A stretch of 64,000 bases of DNA, taken from the human T2T-CHM13v2.0 reference genome, Homo sapiens. Each line of letters starts with the position of its first letter. Within the stretch, counting starts at the first letter, position 1. The notes under the pieces are model-generated. The model had not been told where the DNA came from and made no database searches. It saw only the letters and a list, made by a program, of their open reading frames with translations. This document shows, piece by piece, positions 33,720 to 62,337 of the stretch. The stretch lies in assembly GCF_009914755.1 (NCBI RefSeq), contig NC_060940.1. One strand, 5' to 3'. The translations under genes and the position numbers were made by a program.

Positions 33720-34230
33720 ATTCGTTTGTTCAGTAATGATGGAGGGGCTGTTATGTGCCAAGCACTGTTGTGAATGGCGGACACAGAGACCCAGACACAT
33801 ATGAATGTCCCCCATCATGGAATTTGTATTCTCAGGTATTGCAGGGAGCAGGCAATAAACATAATCAATGTGCAAAATATTTAGAGCACTGAGTGGAGAC
33901 AGGTGTGTAGGAAAGATGAATCGGAATGGAGCATTGCTGGGAAGTACTAGGGTGATCTGAGAAGGCCTCACTGAAGGGGGACATTTGAGCAAAGACCCAA
34001 GAGAGGTGAAGGATCAGGCCATGTGACTAGGTAGGGAAGGGTGTTCTAGACGGAGGGGAGGGCGTTCTAGATGGAGGGAACAGCAAAGACACACCCCTGA
34101 CACTGAGCAGAAGGGCAAGGTCAGTGATCAAGGGGCAGGGGCTGGCAGAAGGGCAGAGGGGGTGGCAGCATGTGGAGGGCCTTGTACCCATCACCAGGAC
34201 TTTGTCTTTCACTTGGGACTCCTCTGGTCC
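33720..34230 (-). mobile_element. L2 fragment (other L2 pieces near 810-915, 23300-23760, 24600-24790, 41150-41500, 42750-43110, 52240-52560, 53057-53330)
   Basis: TTATGTGCCAAGCACTG..GAAGGCCTCACTGAAGGGGGACATTTGAGCAAAGACC..GGCCTTGTACCCATCACCAGGACTTTG typical of antisense L2. Confidence 0.7.
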
Positions 34231-34911
34231 TTTAGCCCAGATCCACCGGCTGCCTCCTCCTGCCAGTTCTGCCTCCCCTCTCCATTCTGGGCAGTGGAGC
34301 CTGATGGTTAGTAGCATGGGCACTGGCCTGCCTGCTCAGGTTCTGAGCTGAGCACAGAGGTCTGGGCCTCCCCTGGGCTTCTGCTCCATTTGGCCCAGGG
34401 TGGGGCCATGGACTCCCATTTCCAATGGCGCTGCTGGCTCTGGCATATTCTGACCCCTCCACTGGGGACACCTCCCAGTGTTCCTTGCCTGGCTCATTTC
34501 TCTCTCAGGGCCATCTTCGTTGTTGCTACCTCTAGGAAGCCTTCTCTGATCCTCATCCCCAAGGCCTGTGTCGGGATACGTCCTACTCCTTCCCTTTGCC
34601 AGTTGGGATCCCCTGGGTTCCTTTATGCTCCCCCACCAGGCTGGGTACTTGGGAAGTATTCGCAGCCCCCAGCATTAAGCCTGGCATGTAGTTGCCACTC
34701 AGTGAGTAGTTTGATGAGGGGCTCTTTGCTGTGGGAGGATTAGGCTGCAGGGTTACCCCATAACCCCCAGTGGAGGTGACTTATGTCCATCTTTTGGGGA
34801 CTTTTGCAGTGAGGGAGTGCATTATAATGGAGAGGAGGAAGCCAGATTCCTAAAACTTTCAATCACATTTTGCTCCTCTCAGAAACAAAAACAAAACAAA
34901 ACAAAAACACA

Positions 34912-50626
<15,715 letters not shown>

Positions 50627-51845
50627 CCAATTGTACACTTTAAATTGGTGAATTTTGTGTTGTGTTAATGATATCTCAATATTTTTTGAAATGCCAACAG
50701 GGAACAAATCATCATTAGTGAAACAGCTCTTGTTCAGATTAGTAAGTAGAGCTCCAGTCCTGAGCTTTTAGTAAACAATTGTGAGCCCCAGTGATTCCAC
50801 GTGGTCCTGCCCTATGTGTAGAGCCTTGGTTTGCAGCCTTCCCAGAAACAGAAATGCTTCTGGGAAACCACAGCTCCCTACCTGCTGAAGGAAATGGACA
50901 CCTGAGATAAGCTGAATATATTGTGTGTGTAATCAGAAGGCAGGCAGGCAGGCCGGTTTTCCAGATGAGCCTAAGCTAATGGCTTAAAAGGGTGTTTAAA
51001 AGAGAAAGCAGTAGCCTGACTGGTCTGAACTCCTGCCCTGTCAGCAGAAACGGTGCAGTCACAATGAGAAGGGAAAGAGTATTTAACGCTGGTATGAACG
51101 GCAAGCCTCTGCCTCCTGATTTAGTTAATAAGCAGTTTTCCTATGGAATTGATTGAGGGGGAGAGAGGTTTTTCTCTTCCTGGCTCCCTTGGTGTGTGCC
51201 CTCTCATGTCAGAAGGCAGGAAGTTCTCTGGGAATTCACACCAGAGGTTTTGCCATTATTTAAGCAAATTAAGGCCTTTGGGAACAGCCAGGTGGCCTTT
51301 CAGGTTTTGTCAGGGCCAAAAAGCCCTATCACCTGCCAAGGTGTTGAGTCAACTTATTTACAGTGCTCAGAGCCAGTTCCTGTGCTGCTGAAATCCCTGA
51401 AGGCCTGCTCTAAATGGGCCTGGTCAGACATCAACACCGCCTGCCTCATCAGCACTTTTAGCCTTCCACCTGCAGTGCGGGCTTGACTGAGATGCCCCAG
51501 TGGCTTGTCCTGGGAAAACTGCTCCCATCTGTAAGCTGCCACCCTCCTTTGGTGACTTTGCCTCTCTCTGCCTCTTTACTCCCTGCACAGAGGGGCAAAG
51601 AGGCACATCCTCCAGGGAGGCAGGGCTAGGTGGAAGTTAAGGTGATGGGCTTTGGGGTCCGGCAGGCCTGAGTTCAATTCCCAGCTCTGCTGTGTGCTGT
51701 TATAGCTACGTGGCCTTGGGCAAATCCCTTACCACTGTGAGTATTGCTTTATTCACCTGTGAAATGGGAGTAACACGGTACCTACCTTCTAGGCTGTTGT
51801 GAAGATTAACTGCAATTCTGCATGGTGCTTCTGATAGGGTCAGTA

Positions 51846-53612
51846 ACTGAGGGGTTGGCCGGGCACGATGGCTCACACCTGTAATCCCAGCACTTTGGGA
51901 GGCCGAGCAGGCAGGAGGATCACAAAGTCAAGAGATCGAGACCATCCTGGCCAACATGATGAAACCTCGTCTCTACTAAAAATACAAAAATTAATTGGGC
52001 ATGGTGGCACATGCCTGTAGTCCCAGCTACTCGGGAGGCTGAGAAGAATTGCGTGAACCTGGGAGGTGGAGGTGACAGTGAGCCAAGATCACACCACTGC
52101 ACTCCAGCCTGGCAACAGATGAGTGCTGGGGGTGTTGGAGGGAGGCTGGAGAATGAAAGGGAGGCAACTGAGGCCACAGTGTCTGGCTGTTTCCAATCCC
52201 CCCATCCCCAGCTGAAACCCTCTCATCTGCAGATAACTCCAAGACACTCCTTACTTCTCCCAGAATAAAAGCCCGGCTCTCTACAATGAGGCTCCAGCTA
52301 CGTCTGACTTTGTCACTGACTACCCTTGTGTCACTCGCTCTACTCAGCCACCACCCTGGATTGGCTTCCAACCAAGTTGTGTTTGCTTTTCCCTCTGCCT
52401 GAAATGTCCTTCCAAAGGGGACCGTGTGGCTCCCTTCCTCCCTCCTTCCCTCCCTTCCAGCAAGTCTTAGGTCTCAGCTAAAACTGCCTTTGCTCTAAGT
52501 CACCTTCATTGCCTTTGACATGGCACACCACTGCCTCCAGCACTCCCTCCTTATCCTTCCTCCCTGTTTATTTTATTTTATTATTTTTTGTTTATTTATT
52601 TTGAGACAGAGTCTCCCTTTGTCACCCAGGTTGGAGTGCAGTGGCATGATTTTGGCTCACTGCAACCTGTACCTCCTGGGTTCAAGTGATTCTCTCCTGC
52701 CTCAGCCTCCCAAGTAGCTGGGATTACAGGTGTGCACCACCACACCTGGCTAATTTTTGTATTTTTAGTAGAGATAGGGTTTCGCCATGTTGGCCAGGCT
52801 GATTTCAAGTGATCTACCCATCTCGACCTCCCAAAGTGCTTGGGATTACGGGCTTCGGCCACCATGCCCAGCACCTGTTCTATTGTTTTCTCTACAGCGT
52901 TTACTACCTTATTGTATGTTTTTGGCTAAAGGGCCTTGGAGTCAACCCCAGGAGAACAGTGCTGATGAATCAGGAGTGGCGCTCCCATAACTTCATGCGT
53001 CTTCAAAGCTGGCTAGTACTGCACCTCATTCTCGTGATTTCATGCCCACAGTTACCTCCAGGGTGTTGGCTGAGCAGAGCAAGTGACATGAGGGTAGTTG
53101 GTGACAAAGTCAGAAGTAGCTGAGGCCTCACTGTAGAGAGCTGGGCTTTTATTCTGGGAAAAGTGAGTCTCTGGAGGGCTCTGCATAGAGCAGAGGCTTG
53201 TCATGGCCTGACCGAGGTTGTAGCAAGCTCAATGCGGCTACTGTGTAGAGAAGACGCCGTAGCAACCTGGGCCAGAATTGGGAAGATTAAGGAGCTACTG
53301 CAATGGTCCAGGAGTCCAGAGATGAATTGAGTCTGTGGGGAAAAAAGTGTCGGCTGACAAGCCGTTCTGTCTCCATGTTCTCCTCTCACCTTTTGACCAC
53401 CCTGTCCCCACTCCTCAGCTGTGCTTTGTATTTTGTAATTCGCAGCACTCAAAGCACTCACACAGGAGGCCTGACATTATTTATCTGCAGGTCAGAGGGT
53501 TTGAGTTGAGGGTGGGGGTATTGGAAACAATTAGGCATTGTGGCCTCAGTTGCCTCCGCTTCATTCTCCACCCTCCTCCACACACCCGCAGCACTCATTT
53601 TAACCCCTCAGT
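51846..53612. repeat. Non-Alu inverted duplication (arms ~52119-52360 vs 53057-53176 plus 53481-53612)
   Basis: Manual reverse-complement alignment: about 13 mismatches over 108 nt in the inner arm; outer arm also clearly alignable. Confidence 0.9.
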
Positions 53613-55343
53613 ATGTCTTTTACTTTTTCCTTCCTTTTTAGAGTTAGGGTCTCACTCTGTCATCCAGGCTGGTGTGCAATGGTGTGATCACGGCTAGTTG
53701 CAGCCTTGACCTCCTGGGCTCAAGCAATTAACTCCACCTCAGCCTGCCCAGTAATTGGGACTACAGGAGCATGCCACTACACCTGGCTAATTTTTTCTTT
53801 TTTTAGAGATGGGGTCTTGCCATGTTGCCCAGGTTGGTGTCGAACTCCTGAGCTCAAGCAATCCATCCCCCTTGGCCTCCCAAAGTGCGGGGATAACAGG
53901 CATGCAACACCATGCCCGGCCAATTTTTAAATTTTCTTTATTGACGGGGTCTCACTATGTTGCCCAGGCTGATCTCAAACTCCTGGACTCGAGTGATCTC
54001 CCTGCCTTAGCCAAACTGCTGGGATTACAGGCCTGAGCAATCATGCCGGGCCCCCTCAGTATATCTTTAATCCCTTTGGGATCTGAGACTCTTTGAGAGA
54101 CTGTTGAAGACCACAGAGCCTCCCACAGGTGCCCATATCTTAACCCACAGTTCCAGGGGGCCCATGCCTTCCTTGATGCCCTTCACTAGCCCAAACCTTG
54201 GCTCAAATCCTAGGCACTCACTGCTAAGGCCTCAAGGAGGGGGTCAGAAAAACAAAACCGCAGCCCAGGAAACTCCTTTCATGGCCACAGAGATGTTTCC
54301 AGATGGCCTGAGAAGGGAGTGGTTGGTGTGGGCAGCTGCTGTTCCCCATGGTATCAAATCTTTGATCAAGAGGGGTGGAAAAGGATTGACTTTCTCAAGT
54401 TCAGGGCTTCCTTCTGGCTCCACAGGCACCCCCCACAGGCAAGGGACCACCACACCCAAAGGCAGGAGTGGCCAATCCTGAGGGCGTGGACGGGGGCCAC
54501 AGGGAGGCAGTCCACACCCTCAGGATTTGACCCTACAGGGAAGGCCCTGGGGATGTTGCCCTGTCCCAGGAACCTGCACACCCACCTTGGGGGCACTGCC
54601 TCTCCTTAGGGTGACCTCAGAGGCAGTTGCAGAAGTTTCGAGTTCTGCAAAAGCCATCTGTGGCAGAACAGGAGCGGCAGCTTACCACATACAAACTCTT
54701 CAAATGTTCCCACCAACTGTGACAGGTGGGGGCCACTCTGTAGTTGAAGAGGAAACTAAGACTCAAGCGTTTAACTTTCCTGAAGTTAACACAGCTAGTC
54801 AGAGGCACAGTTTGCATTCAAGTCCACATCTATCTAGACTCCAGGCCTAAGCGCTGACCGTTAGTGCTCTATGAGGCAGCACCTGGTAAAGCCACCTGTG
54901 CTTTGAGGGGGCGTTCAGGAGGCTACAGCCTAGTTCTGTGTAGGGTCAGATTATCTTGTTCTTTCTTCTCTCCGCTGGCCCACATCTTACCCTCTGGTGC
55001 CATTGTGACCGATCCTTCGCAAAGGAGTCAGCCCTAGAATTGTTGACAGTGAGCCCGTTTCCTGCCCCTCACCCCACACAGGGTTCCTTCCCATCCTTGC
55101 CCCTCCGTCCCTGGACCAGCTCCATGGGTCAGTGTTCCTCTTAGAGCATGACTCTTGGAAAAAAAACAGCACTTATCATTGAGGTCATCAGATTGCAACC
55201 CTGAGAATGTACTTATCAAACCACAAATAGAATCAGAGAAGGACTATATAGTCTCCCATATCCTAAGTGTCTCATTTCTGAAAACACAACTGAAATCTGG
55301 TTTTGGAAGCCACATCACATGTTGCCTATTGAGATTACGGTCA

Positions 55344-55669
<326 letters not shown>

Positions 55670-55984
55670 TCAAAAAAAAAAAAAAAAGAAAAAAGAAAAA
55701 AAGAAAAAAAAGTTTGTTTATGTGAACATAGGAAAACAAACACAAGCCAATTTAAATGGTACCTAAGAGCCTAAAAGTGTCTGCCTGTCAGCAGTTCATC
55801 TGAGACAAGCAGTGTTACCGATTTCTTGTTTCCTTCTGAAGATATTCTAAGCCTATTCCCTATCCCATTTAGCTGTGTGCTCTTTAAAGACAGATTCTTC
55901 CCATATTATTACATATACACTTACTTGATTCTTTTTTAAACAGCTCCCTCATTCTTTTTATTTTATTTATTTTTTTTGAGATAG

Positions 55985-56233
<249 letters not shown>

Positions 56234-56810
56234 TAGGCATGAGCCACCGTGCCCAGCCCTTCATGATTTTTAATTTTTGCATCATTTTCCATTGAGTGGA
56301 TGCCCATCATTGATTTATCCAGCCCTCTGTCAATGATGTGTCTATCTTTTGCCACCATAAACAAGCTTGTAGTGGCCCTCCGTATATCTGCCCTGATGCA
56401 ATGTGTGAGTCCCTCTGTGAGATGAAGTCCTAAAAATGGGCTTTGCTGAAAGAAAGGATTTATGCATGTAAAATCTATAAACATGATCAGAATGTTCTCT
56501 TAAAAAGCCATACTGATTCCTACTTGCCATGATGTCCAAGGCCTTGGAGCCCCACATCTTTGCTGGTACAGTTCCGCCTCTGTGCATTACAGATGATAAA
56601 ACGAACCCAGAAAAAATGCAGGGGTCTTGCCTGACATTCTCCAGAGAGAATCTGGTCATCTGACTCTGGTCAACTGACATCCAGCATTTTTTTTTTGCTA
56701 GACCAGCTGACCAGCATCCGCCGGCAGCACCCCCTTCCCTCTCCCATCATGTGTGGGTCATCCTCCTTTCCACCGCCCACATGGACCCCTCCCTCTGGTC
56801 TCCTGCATCC

Positions 56811-57089
56811 TGCATGGTGTTGGTTATGTGAACAAGTTCTTTAGTGGTGATTTCTGAGATTTTGGTGCACCCATGATTGGAGCAGTGTACACTGTACCTG
56901 TGTACACTGTGTAGTCTTTTATCCCTCACCCCCTTCCCACCCTTTCCCCCAAAGTCCCCAAAGTCCATTGTATCTTTTTATGCCTTTGGATCCTCATAGC
57001 TTAGCTCCCACTTATGAGTGAGAACATACAATATTTGGTTTTCCATTCCTGAGTTACTTCACTTAGAATACTAATCTCCAGTTCCATTC
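56811..57089 (-). mobile_element. L1 (L1PB-like) 3'UTR fragment
   Basis: AAGTTCTTTAGTGGTGATTTCTGAGATTTTGGTGCACCCA...CTTAGCTCCCACTTATGAGTGAGAACATACAATATTTGGTTTTCCATTCCTGAGTTACTTCACTTAGAATA is typical antisense L1PB 3' end. Confidence 0.85.
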
Positions 57090-57466
57090 TTTTTTTTTTT
57101 TTAACAGCTTATAAGTTCCTAGGTCCAGTGTTTCCTGTCTCTAATCCCAGTTTCTCAGGAGGGTGAGGCGGGAGCAGGCCCCTCCTACCCTCCTGTTCGG
57201 TCATTTTAGCAGATGACTTTCACCCTCATGCCTTTTGCACTGTGATTGCAAGAAGGGATTATTTTTAACTTTATGAATAGGTTATATGTTCACATGGACA
57301 CCATTGAAAAAAAAATAATCTAAAAAGTATACAATGAAAAGTTCTACTCCCACCCTGTCTCCCTTTGTTCTAATAAGGTGCCTCCCCCATACCTAAAATC
57401 TCACTTGTTAGTGTCTTTTAAAGTTCTATATGTAACTATAAACAAATATGAACATATATTCTTTGA

Positions 57467-57769
<303 letters not shown>

Positions 57770-58347
57770 TGACCAAGACAGAGTCTTGTTCTGTGGCTCA
57801 GGCTGGAGTGCTGTTGTGCAGTCGTGGCTCACTGCAGACTCAAACTCCTGGGTTTAAGTGATCCTCCCACCTCAGCCTCCCAAAATGCTGGGATTACAGG
57901 GATAAACTTATTTCTTATCCCCTTCTTTTTAGTTACACAAAAGATAGCACTGCTTTGCACTTGCTTTTATCAGCAAACAATAATGTGTCTTGACGATCAT
58001 TCCCCTGCAGAGCATAAAGAGCTTTTTTTTTTTTAATAGGTTCATAGTATTTCATTGTAAGGAAATTCTATAATTGATTTAAACTAATCCTCTATTGATG
58101 GCTATTTGGGCTGTCGCCCATGTTTTGCTAGCACAAACAATGCCTTAGTGAATAACCTTTTACATACGTCATTTTTGTGTGCAAGCTTTCCAGTTTCACA
58201 TCGGAAAATGGGAACAGTCCAGGTAAATGGCCCATGGAGCATTTCTGCAAGAGCAGCAACCAGGAAAATAAAAGGCTGGAGAACCACTGCTGGAACAGGT
58301 GCCCCATCTCCTTGTGGTGGTAGCAACAGTACCACAGCATCTTGTGA

Positions 58348-58785
<438 letters not shown>

Positions 58786-58804
58786 TGAGATCTTTCTGCT
58801 TTCT

Positions 58805-58835
<31 letters not shown>

Positions 58836-59865
58836 GGTATTCAGGAGGATGCAGCATGGGTTGTAGGCTTCATTTCTCAGGAGCCTGAGCCAAGGCACAC
58901 ATATAGTCTGAGCAGTTACCTTTCCAGGCAGCCAGAGTAGATTCAGCAAATGCTCTTGGAAGCAGCTGCCTTTCCCATCAATGCTTATTTGTTCTTGATA
59001 ATGAAAAATGATGCTAGCATCCATTAAAAGAGAAAAGGCATCCTCTTGTGAGCTCTATTGGACAAGTGAGCACTTGTTGTACAGTCATCTGCAAGCACAT
59101 GTGACCTGGAGACTGTGGGAAATGCCTCACTTCGCAGTGTTGGCTCCCAGCTGTTCTCTTGGGCTGTTTGAGTTTTGTTCCAAAGGTCAGAGGCAGAGGG
59201 TCCGAGCCTTTCCAGCACAGCCCACATTTGAAAGTAGTGCAAGCCTCACATTCATTCTTTGTAGAAGGTTTCCAGATCTTGTTCTTGAGTTATTGAATGA
59301 TTCAAAGGTTCTGAATTCCACAACGGCTTTCCTGTGTTTTTGCAGCCAGATTCAGCACATTTTGGTGTCAGCCAGTGCTTGGAAAATGTGGCCCTAGATT
59401 GATGCGTGTTTATATCTGGGTTGTGTTTTTTATAGAGAATAAATCTGTGGTTACTTTTACCCATCCCACATTGCTGTTAACTACCCCTGGAATTTCTCTC
59501 CCTCCGCAAGCCTAGTGCTGAAGAACAGAAGCTTTGGTGCTGGCTGGTTCTGGGGCGAATGTTCCTTCAGAGGCTGACCTGCTCTGTGACCTTGACAAGG
59601 CCCTGACCTTGAGCAAATGACTTAAGCCTTTCGCCTCAGTTGCTCATCAGCATTAAGGGGGTTAAAAACCCCTACCTGCCTCACAGCAACATAGGAGTCA
59701 ATGTAAAGTTCACAGTGCCCACACGTAATGACTGTCATAGTGAATATTTACTCTCAAAAAGATTTTTTGTTTTCAGTTTTTAGTTGTTGATTTTTTTTTT
59801 TTTTAAATAGAGATGGGATCCTACTATGTTGCCCAGGCTGGTCTCAAACTCCTGGCCTCAAGTGA

Positions 59866-60288
<423 letters not shown>

Positions 60289-60564
60289 TAGTAGAGACGA
60301 GGTTTCACCATGTTGGCCAGGCCTGTCTTAAACTCCTGACCTCAAGTGATTCGCCCTCCTTGGCCTCCCAAAGTGCTGGGATTACAGGTGTGAGCCACCG
60401 CACCCAGCCTACTGTTAATTAAGAATTGTTTATGGCTTCTCTTCTCTGCACTTTTTCATAACCTTGGCATTTTTGGGTGCCTGGATTCTTTCATTTTTGA
60501 ACCATAGGACTTTGACTGATGGGGTATTCCTCAAGAGACCCTAATAGCTATATATTTCTTACTG

Positions 60565-61985
60565 GTTCATTGAGATTTAATTTACATACCACACAATTTA
60601 CCCACTGTAAGTGTACAGTTAGATAATTTTTATAAACGTACACAGCTGTTGAGCTGTCATCACAATCCAGTTTTAGAATACTTCCACCACCTCCCAAGTT
60701 CCCTTGGGCCTATTGGTAGTCAAGCCTAACTCAGCTCCAGACAACCCTTGATCTGCTTTTTGTCTCTAGTTTTCTAGATTTTTCATATGAACTGTGTACT
60801 TTGGTGAACAGCTTCTTTCACTCGGTGTAATGCTTTTAAGGTTCATCTATGCTACTGCGTTTTGTGATGTTTGATCCTTTTTATTGCTGAGTAGCTATAC
60901 CATATTTTACCCATCCTAATTACTTTTTGGGTTGACTGTATATAAGCCACATTTACACATTTTTTTAAATGGGTAAATGTGAAATAAGAAGAAAGTTGGG
61001 GCTGGGCATGGTGGCTCACGCCTGTAATCTCAACACTTTTGGAGGCCGAGACGGGTGGATCACAAGATCAGGAGTTCAAGACCAGCCTGACCAACATGGA
61101 GAAACCCCATCTCTCCTAAAAAAAACAAAAAACAAAAATTAGCTGGGTATGGTGGCGGGCACCTGTAATCCCAGCTGCTTGGGAGGCTGAGGCAGGAGAG
61201 TCACTTGAACGCAGGAGGCGGAGGTTGCGGTAATCTGAGGTCATGCCACTGCACTCCAGCCTGGGTGACAGAGCAAGACTCTGTCTCAAAAAATGAATGA
61301 ATAAATAAAAGAAAGTTGGACAGGAAGATCCGTTCTCACTGTGTCACCCAAGCTGGAGTGCAGTGGCCCGAACATGATTCTCTGCAGCCTTGACGTCCCC
61401 AGCTCAAGTGATCCTCCTACCTCAGCCCTCCCAAATAATGGGGACTACAGGTGCATGCCACCATGCCCAGCTAATTTTTTTTTGTATTTTTTGTAGAGAT
61501 GGGCTCTCCCCATGTTGCCCAGGCTGGTCTTGACGGGACTTGGACTCAAGTGATCCGCCCACTTCAGCCTCCCCAAAGTGCTGGGATTATAGGTGTGAGC
61601 CACCGCACCTGGCCAGGTGTTTAAAAATAGAATAATGTCCAGAACCTAATTTTGGAGAACAGGATGTAAAGGGATGCAGGACAAGGGAGTAAATGAATTA
61701 GGAAAGGGATATAGACCAGGATCTGAAGGACACATATCAGGTGTTAGCAGTGGTCTCTCTGCAAGGATGGGCTTGTGAATACTTTGTGCGATTGGCTCAT
61801 CTTTTTTTTTTTTTTGTAACAGCTTTATCGAAACATAATCCACATAGCATATATTACACCATTTAAAGTGTAGAATTTAACAGTTTCCCTTATAGTCACA
61901 GACTTAAGCAAGCGTCACCACAATCAATTTCATAACATTTTCATCACCTCCAGAAGAAATCCCTCACTCCTTAGTTGCTACTGCC
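60565..61985 (-). mobile_element. L1M 3'-end fragments (about 60565-60910 and 61805-61985) separated by Alus
   Basis: TTGAGATTTAATTTACATACCACACAATTTACCCACTGTAAGTGTACAG and AACAGCTTTATCGAAACATAATCCACATAGCATATATTACACCATTTAAAGTGTA. Confidence 0.7.
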
Positions 61986-62184
61986 CCAGCCCTGGACATC
62001 TGGATTCAGTTAGTCTGAGGCAGGGGCCCTGGCTGAGTATTTTTAAAAAGTGCCCCAGGAGGCTGGGCCCGGTGGCTCATGCCTGTAATCCCAGCACTTT
62101 GGGAGGCTGAGGCGGGCGGATCACATGATGTTGGGAGTTCGAGACCTGCCCGACCAACATGGAGAAACCCCATCTCTAAAACTA

Positions 62185-62337
<153 letters not shown>

